Below, piece by piece: positions 10,252-21,381 of a stretch of DNA of 37,744 nucleotides. The translations under genes were made by a program, and so were the position numbers. Within the stretch, counting starts at the first letter, position 1. Every line of letters starts with the position of its first letter. This DNA is from Octopus bimaculoides (lineage: Eukaryota), in assembly GCF_001194135.2 (NCBI RefSeq), contig NC_068986.1, forward strand, positions 105,763,486-105,801,229, given 5' to 3'. The notes under the pieces were generated by a model. It searched no databases. It had not been told where the DNA came from and was given only the letters and a program-made list of their open reading frames with translations.

Positions 10252-10288
<37 letters not shown>

Positions 10289-10291
<3 letters not shown>

Positions 10292-10441
10292 GACGGGCTT
10301 ATTGCAGTTTCCTGTCTACCAAATCCACTCACAAGGCTTTGGTCGGCCTGAAGCCATAGTAGAAGATACTTACCAAGGGCACACGCAGTAGGACTGAACT
10401 TAGGACCATGAGGTTAGGAAGCGAGCTTCTTACCACACAGC
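10289..10441 (-). mobile_element. SINE family B, 5' half
   Basis: tacgacgggctt...ccaaatccactcacaaggctttggtcgg...cttcttaccacacagc, next to (TA)n. Confidence 0.88.
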
Positions 10442-11598
10442 AAAAGAAATAATTTGTCCGTTTTCGTATGATTTTTGAGCAGACGGTGTGAAAGATAGAA
10501 GTTGGATATTTTTATTAACACAATGGATACGCAGTCCAAAAGTGGAAGCCTGTGGACGAATGGTAAGCCTTAATCACCAAAACNNNNNNNNNNNNNNNNN
10601 NNNNNNNNNNNNNNNNNNNNNNNNNNNNNNNNNNNNNNNNNNNNNNNNNNNNNNNNNNNNNNNNNNNNNNNNNNNNNNNNNNNNNNNNNNNNNNNNNNNN
10701 NNNNNNNNNNNNNNNNNNNNNNNNNNNNNNNNNNNNNNNNNNNNNNNNNNNNNNNNNNNNNNNNNNNNNNNNNNNNNNNNNNNNNNNNNNNNNNNNNNNN
10801 NNNNNNNNNNNNNNNNNNNNNNNNNNNNNNNNNNNNNNNNNNNNNNNNNNNNNNNNNNNNNNNNNNNNNNNNNNNNNNNNNNNNNNNNNNNNNNNNNNNN
10901 NNNNNNNNNNNNNNNNNNNNNNNNNNNNNNNNNNNNNNNNNNNNNNNNNNNNNNNNNNNNNNNNNNNNNNNNNNNNNNNNNNNNNNNNNNNNNNNNNNNN
11001 NNNNNNNNNNNNNNNNNNNNNNNNNNNNNNNNNNNNNNNNNNNNNNNNNNNNNNNNNNNNNNNNNNNNNNNNNNNNNNNNNNNNNNNNNNNNNNNNNNNN
11101 NNNNNNNNNNNNNNNNNNNNNNNNNNNNNNNNNNNNNNNNNNNNNNNNNNNNNNNNNNNNNNNNNNNNNNNNNNNNNNNNNNNNNNNNNNNNNNNNNNNN
11201 NNNNNNNNNNNNNNNNNNNNNNNNNNNNNNNNNNNNNNNNNNNNNNNNNNNNNNNNNNNNNNNNNNNNNNNNNNNNNNNNNNNNNNNNNNNNNNNNNNNN
11301 NNNNNNNNNNNNNNNNNNNNNNNNNNNNNNNNNNNNNNNNNNNNNNNNNNNNNNNNNNNNNNNNNNNNNNNNNNNNNNNNNNNNNNNNNNNNNNNNNNNN
11401 NNNNNNNNNNNNNNNNNNNNNNNNNNNNNNNNNNNNNNNNNNNNNNNNNNNNNNNNNNNNNNNNNNNNNNNNNNNNNNNNNNNNNNNNNNNNNNNNNNNN
11501 NNNNNNNNNNNNNNNNNNNNNNNNNNNNNNNNNNNNNNNNNNNNNNNATATATATGTATATATATATGTATGTATTCTTTTACTTCTTTCAGTCATTT

Positions 11599-11765
11599 GA
11601 GGTGCGTTCAAAAAGTATCCTATTTAATTTTTTTTTTTCTCGGCAAAACTAATGCCGCGTGGGCATTTGAGTGGAAGGTAACACCACCCTTCCTGCGCAT
11701 GCATGAAAATTTTCGTGCGGTATGTCGTGTCAGTTCCTGGTTGTTACACCAAGAGTGCAGACGTA
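11599..11765 (+). mobile_element. Mariner-like terminal fragment
   Basis: gaggtgcgttcaaaaagtatcc resembles mariner TIR starts; no partner end found; assignment is from recalled consensus. Confidence 0.4.
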
Positions 11766-11849
11766 TATATAATTAAAGAGAGATAAAAATATATACAAAT
11801 ACATATTATAGAGGTTATGAGAGATAATGGTGTCAATAAGACCCAAAGG

Positions 11850-12340
11850 TGTCAGGTAATGTTGAGTAAGTGTTATGGACAGACTATAGTTAAGCTCCAG
11901 GTTCGGTGATTATGCGAATGAGGAGTCCAACGTAGGTCATATATCAGCATGTGTATATATACAAGAAAAAATTTACAGAATGAGATAAAAATCCAAGGCT
12001 GTGAAAGATTTCAGAACATTTATAAATATAAGGTCTTACAGCTGTTTCCAGGATATTTTATATATCCCTTTATCGGAGACGATGCGAGTATATGGTTAAG
12101 CAATAGTTAATCTAGATAAGTTATAAAATAGAGAGTGAAGTGGAGGAATGAAAATAGACGTGAGATATGCATCTGTAGTTATAATATTTAGGCAGAATGG
12201 TAAACATATAGGATTCCAGCACCTTGTGAGTAAGTTCCAATAGTATTTAAAATTGGCCATTCCAAGCATAGAGTTTGTACACGGTGTTATTGAATCAAGG
12301 GTTTTATTTAAAGTGACTTAAAAGTTGGGAATGTATTTGT
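11850..12340 (-). mobile_element. Penelope-like retroelement 3' remnant
   Basis: Minus-strand peptide EWPILNTIGTYSQGAG resembles the C-terminal part of PLE GIY-YIG ORFs, followed by a decayed hammerhead motif. Boundaries are approximate. Confidence 0.5.
12033..12080 (-). ncRNA. Decayed minimal hammerhead motif
   Basis: GTCT CCGATAA A GGGATA-TATAAAA-TATCCT G GAAA CAGCTG TA AGAC: stems I and II pair and stem III is palindromic, but the core carries two substitutions. Confidence 0.55.
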
Positions 12341-15300
12341 AAGGTATTTGAATGTATTTGTGATGCCTCAGCATGCCCGCAGCCCAATGACTGAAACTAG
12401 TAAAATAGTTTAAAGGGTAAAAAAATTAACCGGCAGAAAAGATAAACTTAATCGTTTGCCCTGCTAGAAATAACAACGAATCTCCCGAAAGCACACCTAT
12501 TAACTTGTAATAAAGATATGATACGGTGGACAAAGTTGTCTCAAAATAAGACTAAGTGGTCATAGCTGGACTGTCTTTAATTATAAGTCTACTTTCTCGC
12601 TCAGAGCAAAACTAGAGATGACTAACAACAATAACTACAAAAGATTTAACAACTTTGGACAAAGCGTTCGATCCCATCAGTGTCATTTTCTTTGGACTCG
12701 CCCGCTGAGGTCAACTGTACCTTTCGCTAAAATAAAGTACCAGTCAAGTACTGGGATCGATGCAGTTGATTTATACCTCTCCCTAAAATTGCTGACCTAT
12801 TGTCAAAATTTGAAACAATCATTTATCCACCTCCATCTCCCATTGAGTACGTCAATCACCGCTTCTCGTATGACTTTCTTATTTTCTTTCTTTCCTTTTT
12901 TAAACTTTCATTTATTTTTCTTCTCGTTCCCAGCTCCTTCAGACCGTTGCACAATTTACACTACATTATTATTGTGTTACATTACACAGTTGGACAAGTG
13001 TTCCCATGAACAGATTGGTCGATTTTCCAACCAAAGTGTTGACTGTTCGTATCCCGTAGGCTGTCAGATAAATTCGTTTGTTTTTGATATTTTTTTCTTT
13101 ATCTTAACCCATTACCTACCAGTGATCTCATACGAGATCACTTAAAGATTACAAATTTCGTAATTATCTGTCAATATTTACACATATCTAACCTTTTTGC
13201 TACATCTACTAGGTATATTTCTCTGATATTCAAATGAGGTTTGCTAATTTTTCACCCAATATCTCACTTATTTCTATTTAAAATGTTATTTTGAAATGTT
13301 ATTTTGATCATTCCAGCGTGTTTCTAAGGCTGTTTTATGCTAGAAATCAAAGTTTCATAAAAAAAAATTCCAGTTAATAGAATTATGGGAGGTAATGGGT
13401 TAATGTTATTTGAATTATCATGAAAAATATTTTTGTCGTAGTTTTGTTTTTGGTGGCAATTTTCTTCCTCTACATCGTTTCTGAAATTTGAATAAATTTT
13501 ATCTCTTTTCAGACTTGTAGATGGAGGGCCAACTTGGAAAAACAACGAATATATGTTATACTTCAATATCTTCTCAACGACCGAGCTACGTAACTCTCAA
13601 CTACTAAGTCCATATTAACTGCTGGTAAGGACACAATATTTCGTTATGCAATCATAACATACTACCAAGTGTATTAAAGTCCTATCAGTCAATACTGTAG
13701 AAACAACTTCGAAAACAAAAACGAAATTCATATTACTTCAATCAGTGGAAGTATAGTAAAATTGCAAAGCATTTCATTGGCTTCCATGGATGTTCAACCC
13801 GTCCATTTGTGGCACGTGACCTGAAACTGCATTGAAGTCGAGCATATATTGATTAATACTGCTATTTAAGAAATTCATATTACTGACAAAGGAAGTTTAC
13901 ACTGTGAGAGGGTCGCATCTGACCGTGTCGTTGCAGTGCAAGTAAGCGCGCATGCGTGCATGTGTATAACAGAAATAAAGGAAGTTCATATCGAGACGTG
14001 TAGTGTATGTTATGACGTCTTGTCGGTCTCTGTGCTGTTGTCGTCTGCTTACAAGCATTTGGGTAACAAATATTTAACTTGGTTGGAAAAAATTGATTTT
14101 CATTTCAGGAATTTTCTTCAAGCTTTCTTTTTATTTGTATTTGAAGTAATCTAAAAAGATTTTTCAAACAAACGGCGAGGAATAGTAGTGGGGTTGCGCT
14201 GTTAAATAAAAGAGGGGTAAAACTAAGAGATTTGGGTTCATGATTTCGTTAGATTATACAAATATAAAATCTTATTTGCATAGCTTACATTACTCAATGG
14301 ATTAGATTCCAACACGTGAATTTTATTTTCATGTATGTTTTGACACATGGTGAAGTATAGTCGCATGTACGTTTCCTAGTGCAAAAGTGACCTTATTTAA
14401 ATTCTGGTGGTAGTTTATTTTAATTATAATTTGTTTCGCCTTAACTAGCAACGAATAAGCCTCATCTAGGATTTCACCCTTCGTTTTCATACAAGAGAAT
14501 CACGGCGTTCAAAGTATATCGATAAGTCAACATTTGTAACCCATCATTGATGCTGAATTAAATCCTCGACTGAAACTCACTTTGGTTCAGTCCACTTGGT
14601 TCTAAATAGATATTTATCCATCCAAATGTAGAGAAGTAAAAGCTCATAAACTCTGTATTTTGCATTCAGTTTGTACCGAGGCTCCTTCTGAGTATAGAAC
14701 TATCACTTTCTGGTTTCCTAATTTAGGGTCACGACCTATCATAATATTATTATAGAATGCGAAGCTAGTTGGAAAAAACTAAATGTGTGACCACAAAAGT
14801 CATTATCGTATAAGCGAACATAGTTCAGCCATTCAGATCGGTTGGAGTGTAACCAAGTGAACTGACGTATTTCGGCCAAATAGTCAGTTTTCTAAAAGTC
14901 CCTCAAGGTGTTATAAAAGCTGGAATTTTGTACTCCAGAACTATCTCAATTAGAACTGTCGGTTAGTTTTGTGATAAGGTAGTCTCACTTTCTTTTAATA
15001 CTTTCTCTGTTGGAATCGGTAATAGGCTTCATATTTACAAATGCGTAATCTTTCATTTTGTAAATTGATGTTTACTTATATACTGTCTCTACAACTGCAA
15101 ATGAGTAGCTCGAAGATACCGAAGGAATAAAGAAGCGAAAAAGAATAAAAAGACTTCAGGATTCGAAAAATGTGGGGGGAAAATCATTGTCCGAAGGACA
15201 AATAACAATTCTCTTTACTAGCAAAAGGGTCGAAAATAAAATAGAAATAATGTTTGGAAAGTGTGAAGAAAAAGAGAAACACTTGAGTATGAATTAATCA

Positions 15301-15653
15301 TCGCGAAACAGGAGTGAAAATCTGTCAGTGAAAAACACTTAGATCAGAAGAGAGTATCTGAAAGAAATATTTTTAAAAATGTAACTAGATAATTAATCAA
15401 AACCAACCAATGAGGGAGATAATTAATAACTATCACAAATTCTCAGAAGATACTGTTTCTTTCTGAAAAAATAATCTGGAGTGAGAAAAAAGAGTTAGAA
15501 CGAAGGGAGACGAGAAGTAATACGAAATATATTTCCTCTCTAGATTACACCAAAACTAGGATCTATTTTAAAACGGGGGGGCCACATTTTTCATTAATGT
15601 TTTACATAGTGTTTTTGGTACGGAAAGACTTTCAAACTTCGTATACTTATCTA

Positions 15654-16192
15654 TTTTGGGATCTTTTTTAAAACGGGGGCCACATTTTTCATTAACGAAA
15701 CACTTTGAAACTTGGAACACTGGTAGAATGTGTCATATAAAACATCTTTTTCTCTTAGTCTTCTTTAAAAAAAAAGAAATCCATAAATTATTCCATGTGA
15801 AAGTTGTCGTATTTCTGTAATTTCAACCAATCACTGACGTCCATTCAGCCGATATACATTAAGTGCCGACTACATAAACGATTCTGAAACAATTAACCCT
15901 AACCCTACTCTAACCCTAGGGTTAGGGTTAAAGCAAGTTTAAAATGAAAAAAGCAAATAAAACGAAGAATCGTTTGTTTATGTAGTCGGCACTTAATGTA
16001 TATCGGCTGAATGGACGTCAGTGATTGGTTGAAATTACAGAAATACGACAACTTGGAATAACTGATGGATTTCTTTTTTTTTTTAAGAAGACTAAGAGAA
16101 AAAAATGTTTTATATGACACATTCTACCAGTGTTCCAAGTTTCAAAGTGTTTCGTTAACGAAAAATGTGGCCCCCGTTTTAAAAAAGATCCC
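15654..16192. mobile_element. Foldback element with about 230-bp arms around a telomeric-repeat spacer
   Basis: About 15657-15886 is the near-reverse complement of 15967-16192; the spacer contains taaccctaaccctactctaaccctagggttagggtta. Confidence 0.85.
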
Positions 16193-16325
16193 NNNNNNNN
16201 NNNNNNNNNNNNNNNNNNNNNNNNNNNNNNNNNNNNNNNNNNNNNNNNNNNNNNNNNNNNNNNNNNNNNNNNNNNNNNNNNNNNNNNNNNNNNNNNNNNN
16301 NNNNNNNNNNNNNNNNNNNNNNNNN

Positions 16326-16602
16326 CTAGGGTTAGGGTTAAAGCAAGTTTAAAATGAAAAAAGCAAATAAAACGAAGAATCGTTTGTTTATGTAGTCGGC
16401 ACTTAATGTATATCGGCTGAATGGACGTCAGTGATTGGTTGAAATTACAGAAATACGACAACTTGGAATAACTGATGGATTTCTTTTTTTTTTTAAGAAG
16501 ACTAAGAGAAAAAAATGTTTTATATGACACATTCTACCAGTGTTCCAAGTTTCAAAGTGTTTCGTTAACGAAAAATGTGGCCCCCGTTTTAAAAAAGATC
16601 CC
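16326..16602 (+). repeat. Identical second copy of 15916-16192 across an N-gap (probable assembly duplication)
   Basis: 277 bp with no difference that I could see, on either side of the gap at 16193-16325. Confidence 0.85.
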
Positions 16603-16841
16603 AAAACTATACGACATTAATGGTGATAAGCTTAAAACTGAGATTCAAAATTTTCAGGATGGTAAGGCAACAGGAAAAGACCTGTTTATCGGACATGTGT
16701 ACAAGAACAGCTGACATGCTGTCTTGTTGGTCGTTAAAAGCAAGCTCTAGTTGCTTGAAAAAACACTTAATCTTCCAAAATAGTCACACACATATGGCAA
16801 TAATACTATCAGCGAATTACTTACTAGAATCTAACCATGTA

Positions 16842-17233
16842 TTTTTTACTTGTTTCAGTCAAGGGAGTACAGCCATGCTGGAGCAACACTTTGCAGGGTT
16901 TCAGTCGAAAAAAAAAATCGAGACGAGTACTTATTTATTCAAAGTCTGCTACTTATTCTGTCGGTTTCTTTTGCCGAACCTCTAAATTATACGGACGTAA
17001 AAAACCAAACCAACACTAGTTTTTGACCAATGGTGGGCCAAACACACATACGCGCGTGCGTGCGTGCGTGCGCGCGCACACACACACACACATATATATA
17101 TGTATATATGTATATATACACACACACAGATACATATAAATATACACATGCACATATAAACATATGTATACATATATATATATGCACATATATTTATACA
17201 TACATATATACACACATATATATACATATATAT

Positions 17234-17284
<51 letters not shown>

Positions 17285-17720
17285 NNNNNNNNNNNNNNNN
17301 NNNNNNNNNNNNNNNNNNNNNNNNNNNNNNNNNNNNNNNNNNNNNNNNNNNNNNNNNNNNNNNNNNNNNNNNNNNNNNNNNNNNNNNNNNNNNNNNNNNN
17401 NNNNNNNNNNNNNNNNNNNNNNNNNNNNNNNNNNNNNNNNNNNNNNNNNNNNNNNNNNNNNNNNNNNNNNNNNNNNNNNNNNNNNNNNNNNNNNNNNNNN
17501 NNNNNNNNNNNNNNNNNNNNNNNNNNNATATATATATATATATATATACACACACACGTTGGGCTTCTTACAATTTCCGTCTGACAAATCTACTCACAAG
17601 GCTGTGGTCAGCCCGAGGCTATAGTAGAAGACACTTGCCCAAAGTGCCACGCAGTGGGACTGAACTCGAAATCTTCTGGTCGGGAGACAAACAACTTTCC
17701 ATATAGCCATTCTTGCGCCT
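16842..17720 (-). mobile_element. SINE family B, full length, with expanded and gapped internal microsatellite
   Basis: Tail ttttacttgtttcagtca at 16842, (CA)n/(TA)n plus gap, 5' half, head ending gccattcttgcgcct at 17720. Confidence 0.88.
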
Positions 17721-18247
17721 ATGTATATCAACATTAAATAGACAAAATGTACACAGCCTGCCTGAATTGATTCCTCCGGGATTACTGTGTCAGTGATTAT
17801 ATAATTATAACTGGACAAGCAGCTTCTAAGAATGGAATTTTTTTGAAAAATACCTTGAACATTTGATTCGCAAAATAATGATGTCAGAGATGCGGTGACA
17901 TAACAGGAACTTAGTCACATTCAGGCTAGAAACTGGTTCTTCCTCCATTGGTGAGAAATTCCGAAAGTAAAACAAGGAAAATAAACATAAATAGATTGTC
18001 TCCCAGAACAGAAATGTCTTCCACAATGATGACACCATTTGCCACAAACGACATTCCTATTATCACTATACATCCTGGTTGTAAGGCTAACTGCTCTACT
18101 GATTCTCAACCATTTCGTAATAAGATTTACCGTCCACAGCATGGTGTCAACAACAGCAACTTAAACGTCAGCAATAAAATATATACACAGCAAGCTGGAA
18201 GATTGAAGGATATAAAACGAGTGAAAGAGTTTCCTTACTCTTTTATT

Positions 18248-18364
18248 CTTTTACTTGTTTCAGTCATTTGACTGAGGCCATGCTGGAGCACCGCCTTTTA
18301 GTCGAGCAAATTGACCCCAGGACTTATTCTTTGTAAGCCTAGTACTTATTCTATCGGTCTCTTT
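18248..18364 (-). mobile_element. SINE family B, 3' terminal part
   Basis: cttttacttgtttcagtcatttgactgaggccatgctggagcaccgcc...ttctatcggtctcttt. Confidence 0.92.
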
Positions 18365-18495
18365 GGGTTATGAGTATTTTTGTCAAATTTGATGAAAATC
18401 TGTTCAATACACCGCCACAAATTTTTCACCAAATTTGGCAAAAATACCCATAGCCCTAACCCTAACTCTAAAACCCGAACCCTAAAGCTAAAACC
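18365..18495. repeat. 35-36-bp inverted repeat followed by degenerate (TAACCC)n
   Basis: Arms at 18365-18399 and 18421-18456, then taaccctaactctaaaacccgaaccctaaagctaaaacc. Confidence 0.75.
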
Positions 18496-18559
18496 AGTAC
18501 AAACGCACGAACGATGTCATGAATAACACTAATTTTATTCAAGGGATAATAACACAGAC

Positions 18560-18596
<37 letters not shown>

Positions 18597-18613
18597 CACG
18601 ACGGCTTCTTTTA

Positions 18614-18844
18614 GGCGGCGAGCTGGCAGAAACGTTAGCACGCCGGGCGAAATGCTTAACGGTATTTCGTCTGCCGCTACGTTCTGAGTTCAAATTCCGC
18701 CGAGGTCGACTTTGCCTTTCATCCTTTCGGGGTCGATTAAATAAGTACCAGTTACGCACTGGGGTCGGTATTATCAACTTAATCCGTTTGTCTGTCCTTG
18801 TTTGCCCCCTCTGTGTGTAGCCCCTTGTGGGTAGTAAAGAAATA
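18614..18844 (+). mobile_element. SINE family C, full length, with 16-bp TSD
   Basis: ggcggcgagctggcagaaacgttagc...ttcaaattcc...gcctttcatcctttcggggtcga...taaagaaata; flanked by acacgacggcttcttt (18596-18611) and acacgatggcttcttt (18845-18860). Confidence 0.93.
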
Positions 18845-18988
18845 ACACGATGGCTTCTTTCAGTTTCCATCAACCAAATCCACATACAACGCTTTAGTCG
18901 ACCTGGGATTAGACTCGAAGATAGTTGTCTAAGATGCTACACAGTGGGACTGAACCCTGAACAATGTGGTTGCGAAGCAAACTTCTTA
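18845..18988 (-). mobile_element. SINE family B, 5' half (host of the C insertion)
   Basis: cgatggcttctttcagtttccatcaaccaaatccac...gggactgaacc...aagcaaacttctta. Confidence 0.82.
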
Positions 18989-19003
18989 ATTATACTCTCA
19001 CTC

Positions 19004-19009
<6 letters not shown>

Positions 19010-19043
<34 letters not shown>

Positions 19044-19170
19044 CCGTGTGTGTGTGTATACCCGTGTGTGTGTGTGTTTATGCATGTATGTGTGTATGTA
19101 TGTGCGCATGCATGTATGTATGTATGCATGCATGTGTTCATATATGTGTGTATGTATGTGTTTATGTGTG
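19010..19170. repeat. (TG)n/(TATG)n compound microsatellite
   Basis: Read directly from the sequence. Confidence 0.9.
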
Positions 19171-19369
19171 TCGCCGTAATGAACCAGCTGTCGGTCGGTT
19201 TGGTAGGGTGTTGCTTTGTAAACAGTTATGTCTTTATTACAGATGAGTACACAAATGTTGGTGTTAGTAGAGTTTGTAATTCTTGTTTCACGGTGTTCGT
19301 TTGACAGAGGCGAGGAATTTAATTAATGTTGTATAAAGAGATTAATGGACATAAATAAAGAAGACCTGA

Positions 19370-19620
19370 GACAGTGACAGAGAGAGAGAGAAACTGAAAG
19401 CGAGACAGACAGACAGACAAGTAGACAGAGAAAGACAGGGAAAGAGAGATAGATACAAACCTTCACAGACAGACAGACAGACAGACGGATGGATGAACAG
19501 ACAGACAGACAGACAGATAGATAGATAGGTATGTAGACAGACAGATAGATGGAGGACGTGAAAGTGAACAAAAACAAAGACAGATTGGTATAGAAAGAAA
19601 GGGAGGACAACAGACTGAAA
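19370..19620. repeat. Purine-rich (GA)n/(GACA)n/(GATA)n compound repeat
   Basis: Read directly from the sequence. Confidence 0.85.
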
Positions 19621-19717
19621 GAGTGATGGGAAAAGAAAAGAGTGAACGTAGAGGTTTGAGTCGTTAGACAGACTAAACACTGGATGATAAAGAAGAAGAA
19701 GATGGTATTTGGTGCGA

Positions 19718-20045
19718 GTGGAGGCGCATGGCTTAATGGTTAAGGTAATAGGTTCACGATTGTAAGGTCATGAATTCAATTCCCAGGGGCCCATTGTGTC
19801 CTTGAGCAACACTCTTTATTTCAAAATTTCTCCAGTCCATTCAGCTGGCAGAAAATGAATAGTACCTGTATTTCAAAGGGGCCAGCCTTGTCATGTTCTG
19901 TGTGTCACGATGAAACACCTTAATAACTACGTTAAGAGCACGCGTGCCTGTGGAGTACTCAGCCACTTGCACGTTAATTTCCCAAGCAAGTTGTTTCTTG
20001 GTCGGTTCAACTGGTACCCTCGTCGTCGTAACCGACGGAGTTCCA
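19718..20045 (+). mobile_element. tRNA-derived SINE family F: CORE-like centre plus family-A 3' tail
   Basis: A-box tggcttaatgg; gtgtccttgagcaacactctttatttc...ctccagtccattcagctggcagaaaatga; from tcaaaggggccagccttgtca to gtaaccgacggag it aligns with the family A tail. Confidence 0.88.
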
Positions 20046-20147
20046 CTGCTTGGAGCAAAGAGAATGAAACATTAGAAAGAAAAAGAACAAGAACGTCAGC
20101 TGCAATAACAGTGAGGGAGTCTCTCATAGTGATTTTCGTTTTTGTCT

Positions 20148-20245
20148 TTTATATATTATCTGTTTCAGCATTTCACTACGACCATGCTGGAGCAACGCGC
20201 AATTGGGATTTAGTCGGACAAATCGACCCCCAGTGCTTATTTTTC
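20148..20245 (-). mobile_element. Degenerate family-B-type 3' tail
   Basis: tgtttcagcatttcactacgaccatgctggagca...ttagtcggacaaatcgaccccc. Confidence 0.6.
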
Positions 20246-20367
20246 CAGCAACATCGCCAGTCGAGGTTCCGGAAATGCTGGAAGAGATAATTTCGTTCTT
20301 AAGTCCCAGAACTAGACGAATCTGCGGTCTGTTCTCTGTTTAAATACCCTCATCTTCTTACGATGAA

Positions 20368-20575
20368 GTGGAAGCGCATGGCTTAGTGGTTAGAGTGTTA
20401 GATTCATGGTCCTAAGATGGTGGTTTCGATTCTAGGACCGGGCAATACGTTGATTTCTGGAGCAAAACACTTCATTTCTCGTTGCTCCAGTCCACTCAAC
20501 TGGCAAAAATGAGTAACCCTGCAATGGACCAGTGTCCTGTCCAAGGAGGAACGAGAAAACCGGCCCTTAGCTCCT
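20368..20575 (+). mobile_element. tRNA-derived SINE family G: CORE-like centre and a different 3' part
   Basis: A-box tggcttagtgg, B-box gtttcgattct, gagcaaaacacttcatttctcgttgctccagtccactcaactggcaaaaatgagta, then gcaatggaccagtgtcctgtcca (recalls the V-SINE domain; unverified). Confidence 0.78.
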
Positions 20576-21381
20576 TGCGGAGTGATGTGGACTAACCATA
20601 ACTTCTTAAGATGATGATGGGGAAAAACAAAAGACGGCTAAGAAAGATTGGCGAAAAAAAGGGTGAGAAAAAAAAACATAAGAAGGTGAGTTCAAACAGA
20701 AAGCTCCTATGACACAAGAAGATAAATTTTAAAAACTGGAATAGAAGCTACAGTTAATGACAATCTCCAACCCACATTATCTTGTATACTTAACCTTATG
20801 TTGGCTCAAAACAAATAAACAAAATTCTAGATTAAATAAAGGAATGAAATTTACCTCCTGTCTTCCTTTCAATTCAATAGCACAGCTCAAACAGCCGAGG
20901 CTCTGTATACACAGCACATACAAATAATCGCCGAACAAAATAACAAAATTACGCACGCACACTTACAGATACTATTTGCAGCCACCACCCAACAAAATGA
21001 CACAGCACACATTCCAAAAGAACTGATATTCTACCCTAGAAAACTTGAAGTACTCCAGCAACACGCATTCTATGCAATTACAACGCATTAGCACTGCATA
21101 CACCATACAGCGTAAATTATACACAATAACTGTCTGATTCTGAAACGCAGACTATCATACGCACAAGACATTTGAAATATATACACCACCTACCAACAAA
21201 ACACTGCATATATACATGGTGTGGCAGAATTAACGCCATTTTTAATTTAGTAATTTTTGTAGTAGAAAAATTATTTTCTTTAATAAATTTTATTATATAA
21301 AAATTTATTACAAGAGTTAAAGAAACGAAAACAAAACAATTAATGAAAATAAATTGCTGTAGTTTTATGAAATTCATAAAG

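Noticed and set aside
10523-10562. Possible first coding exon MDTQSKSGSLWTNG with good Kozak context and GTAAGC donor
   Set aside because: Too short to recognise, lies beside a gap and has no other support; chance is plausible.
12455-12600. Possible further repeat family shared with 28860-28990
   Set aside because: In-window similarity is too patchy to support without alignment.
12618-13145. 175-aa ORF and nearby acceptor-like tract
   Set aside because: Low-complexity F/L-rich translation with no clear donor or known motif.
15895-15930. Telomere-telomere fusion scar
   Set aside because: The orientation is CCCTAA then TTAGGG, opposite to an end-to-end fusion, and only a few units are present.
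17948-18271. 107-aa ORF in apparently unique sequence
   Set aside because: No recognisable domain, runs into a SINE tail, and the splice sites are mediocre.
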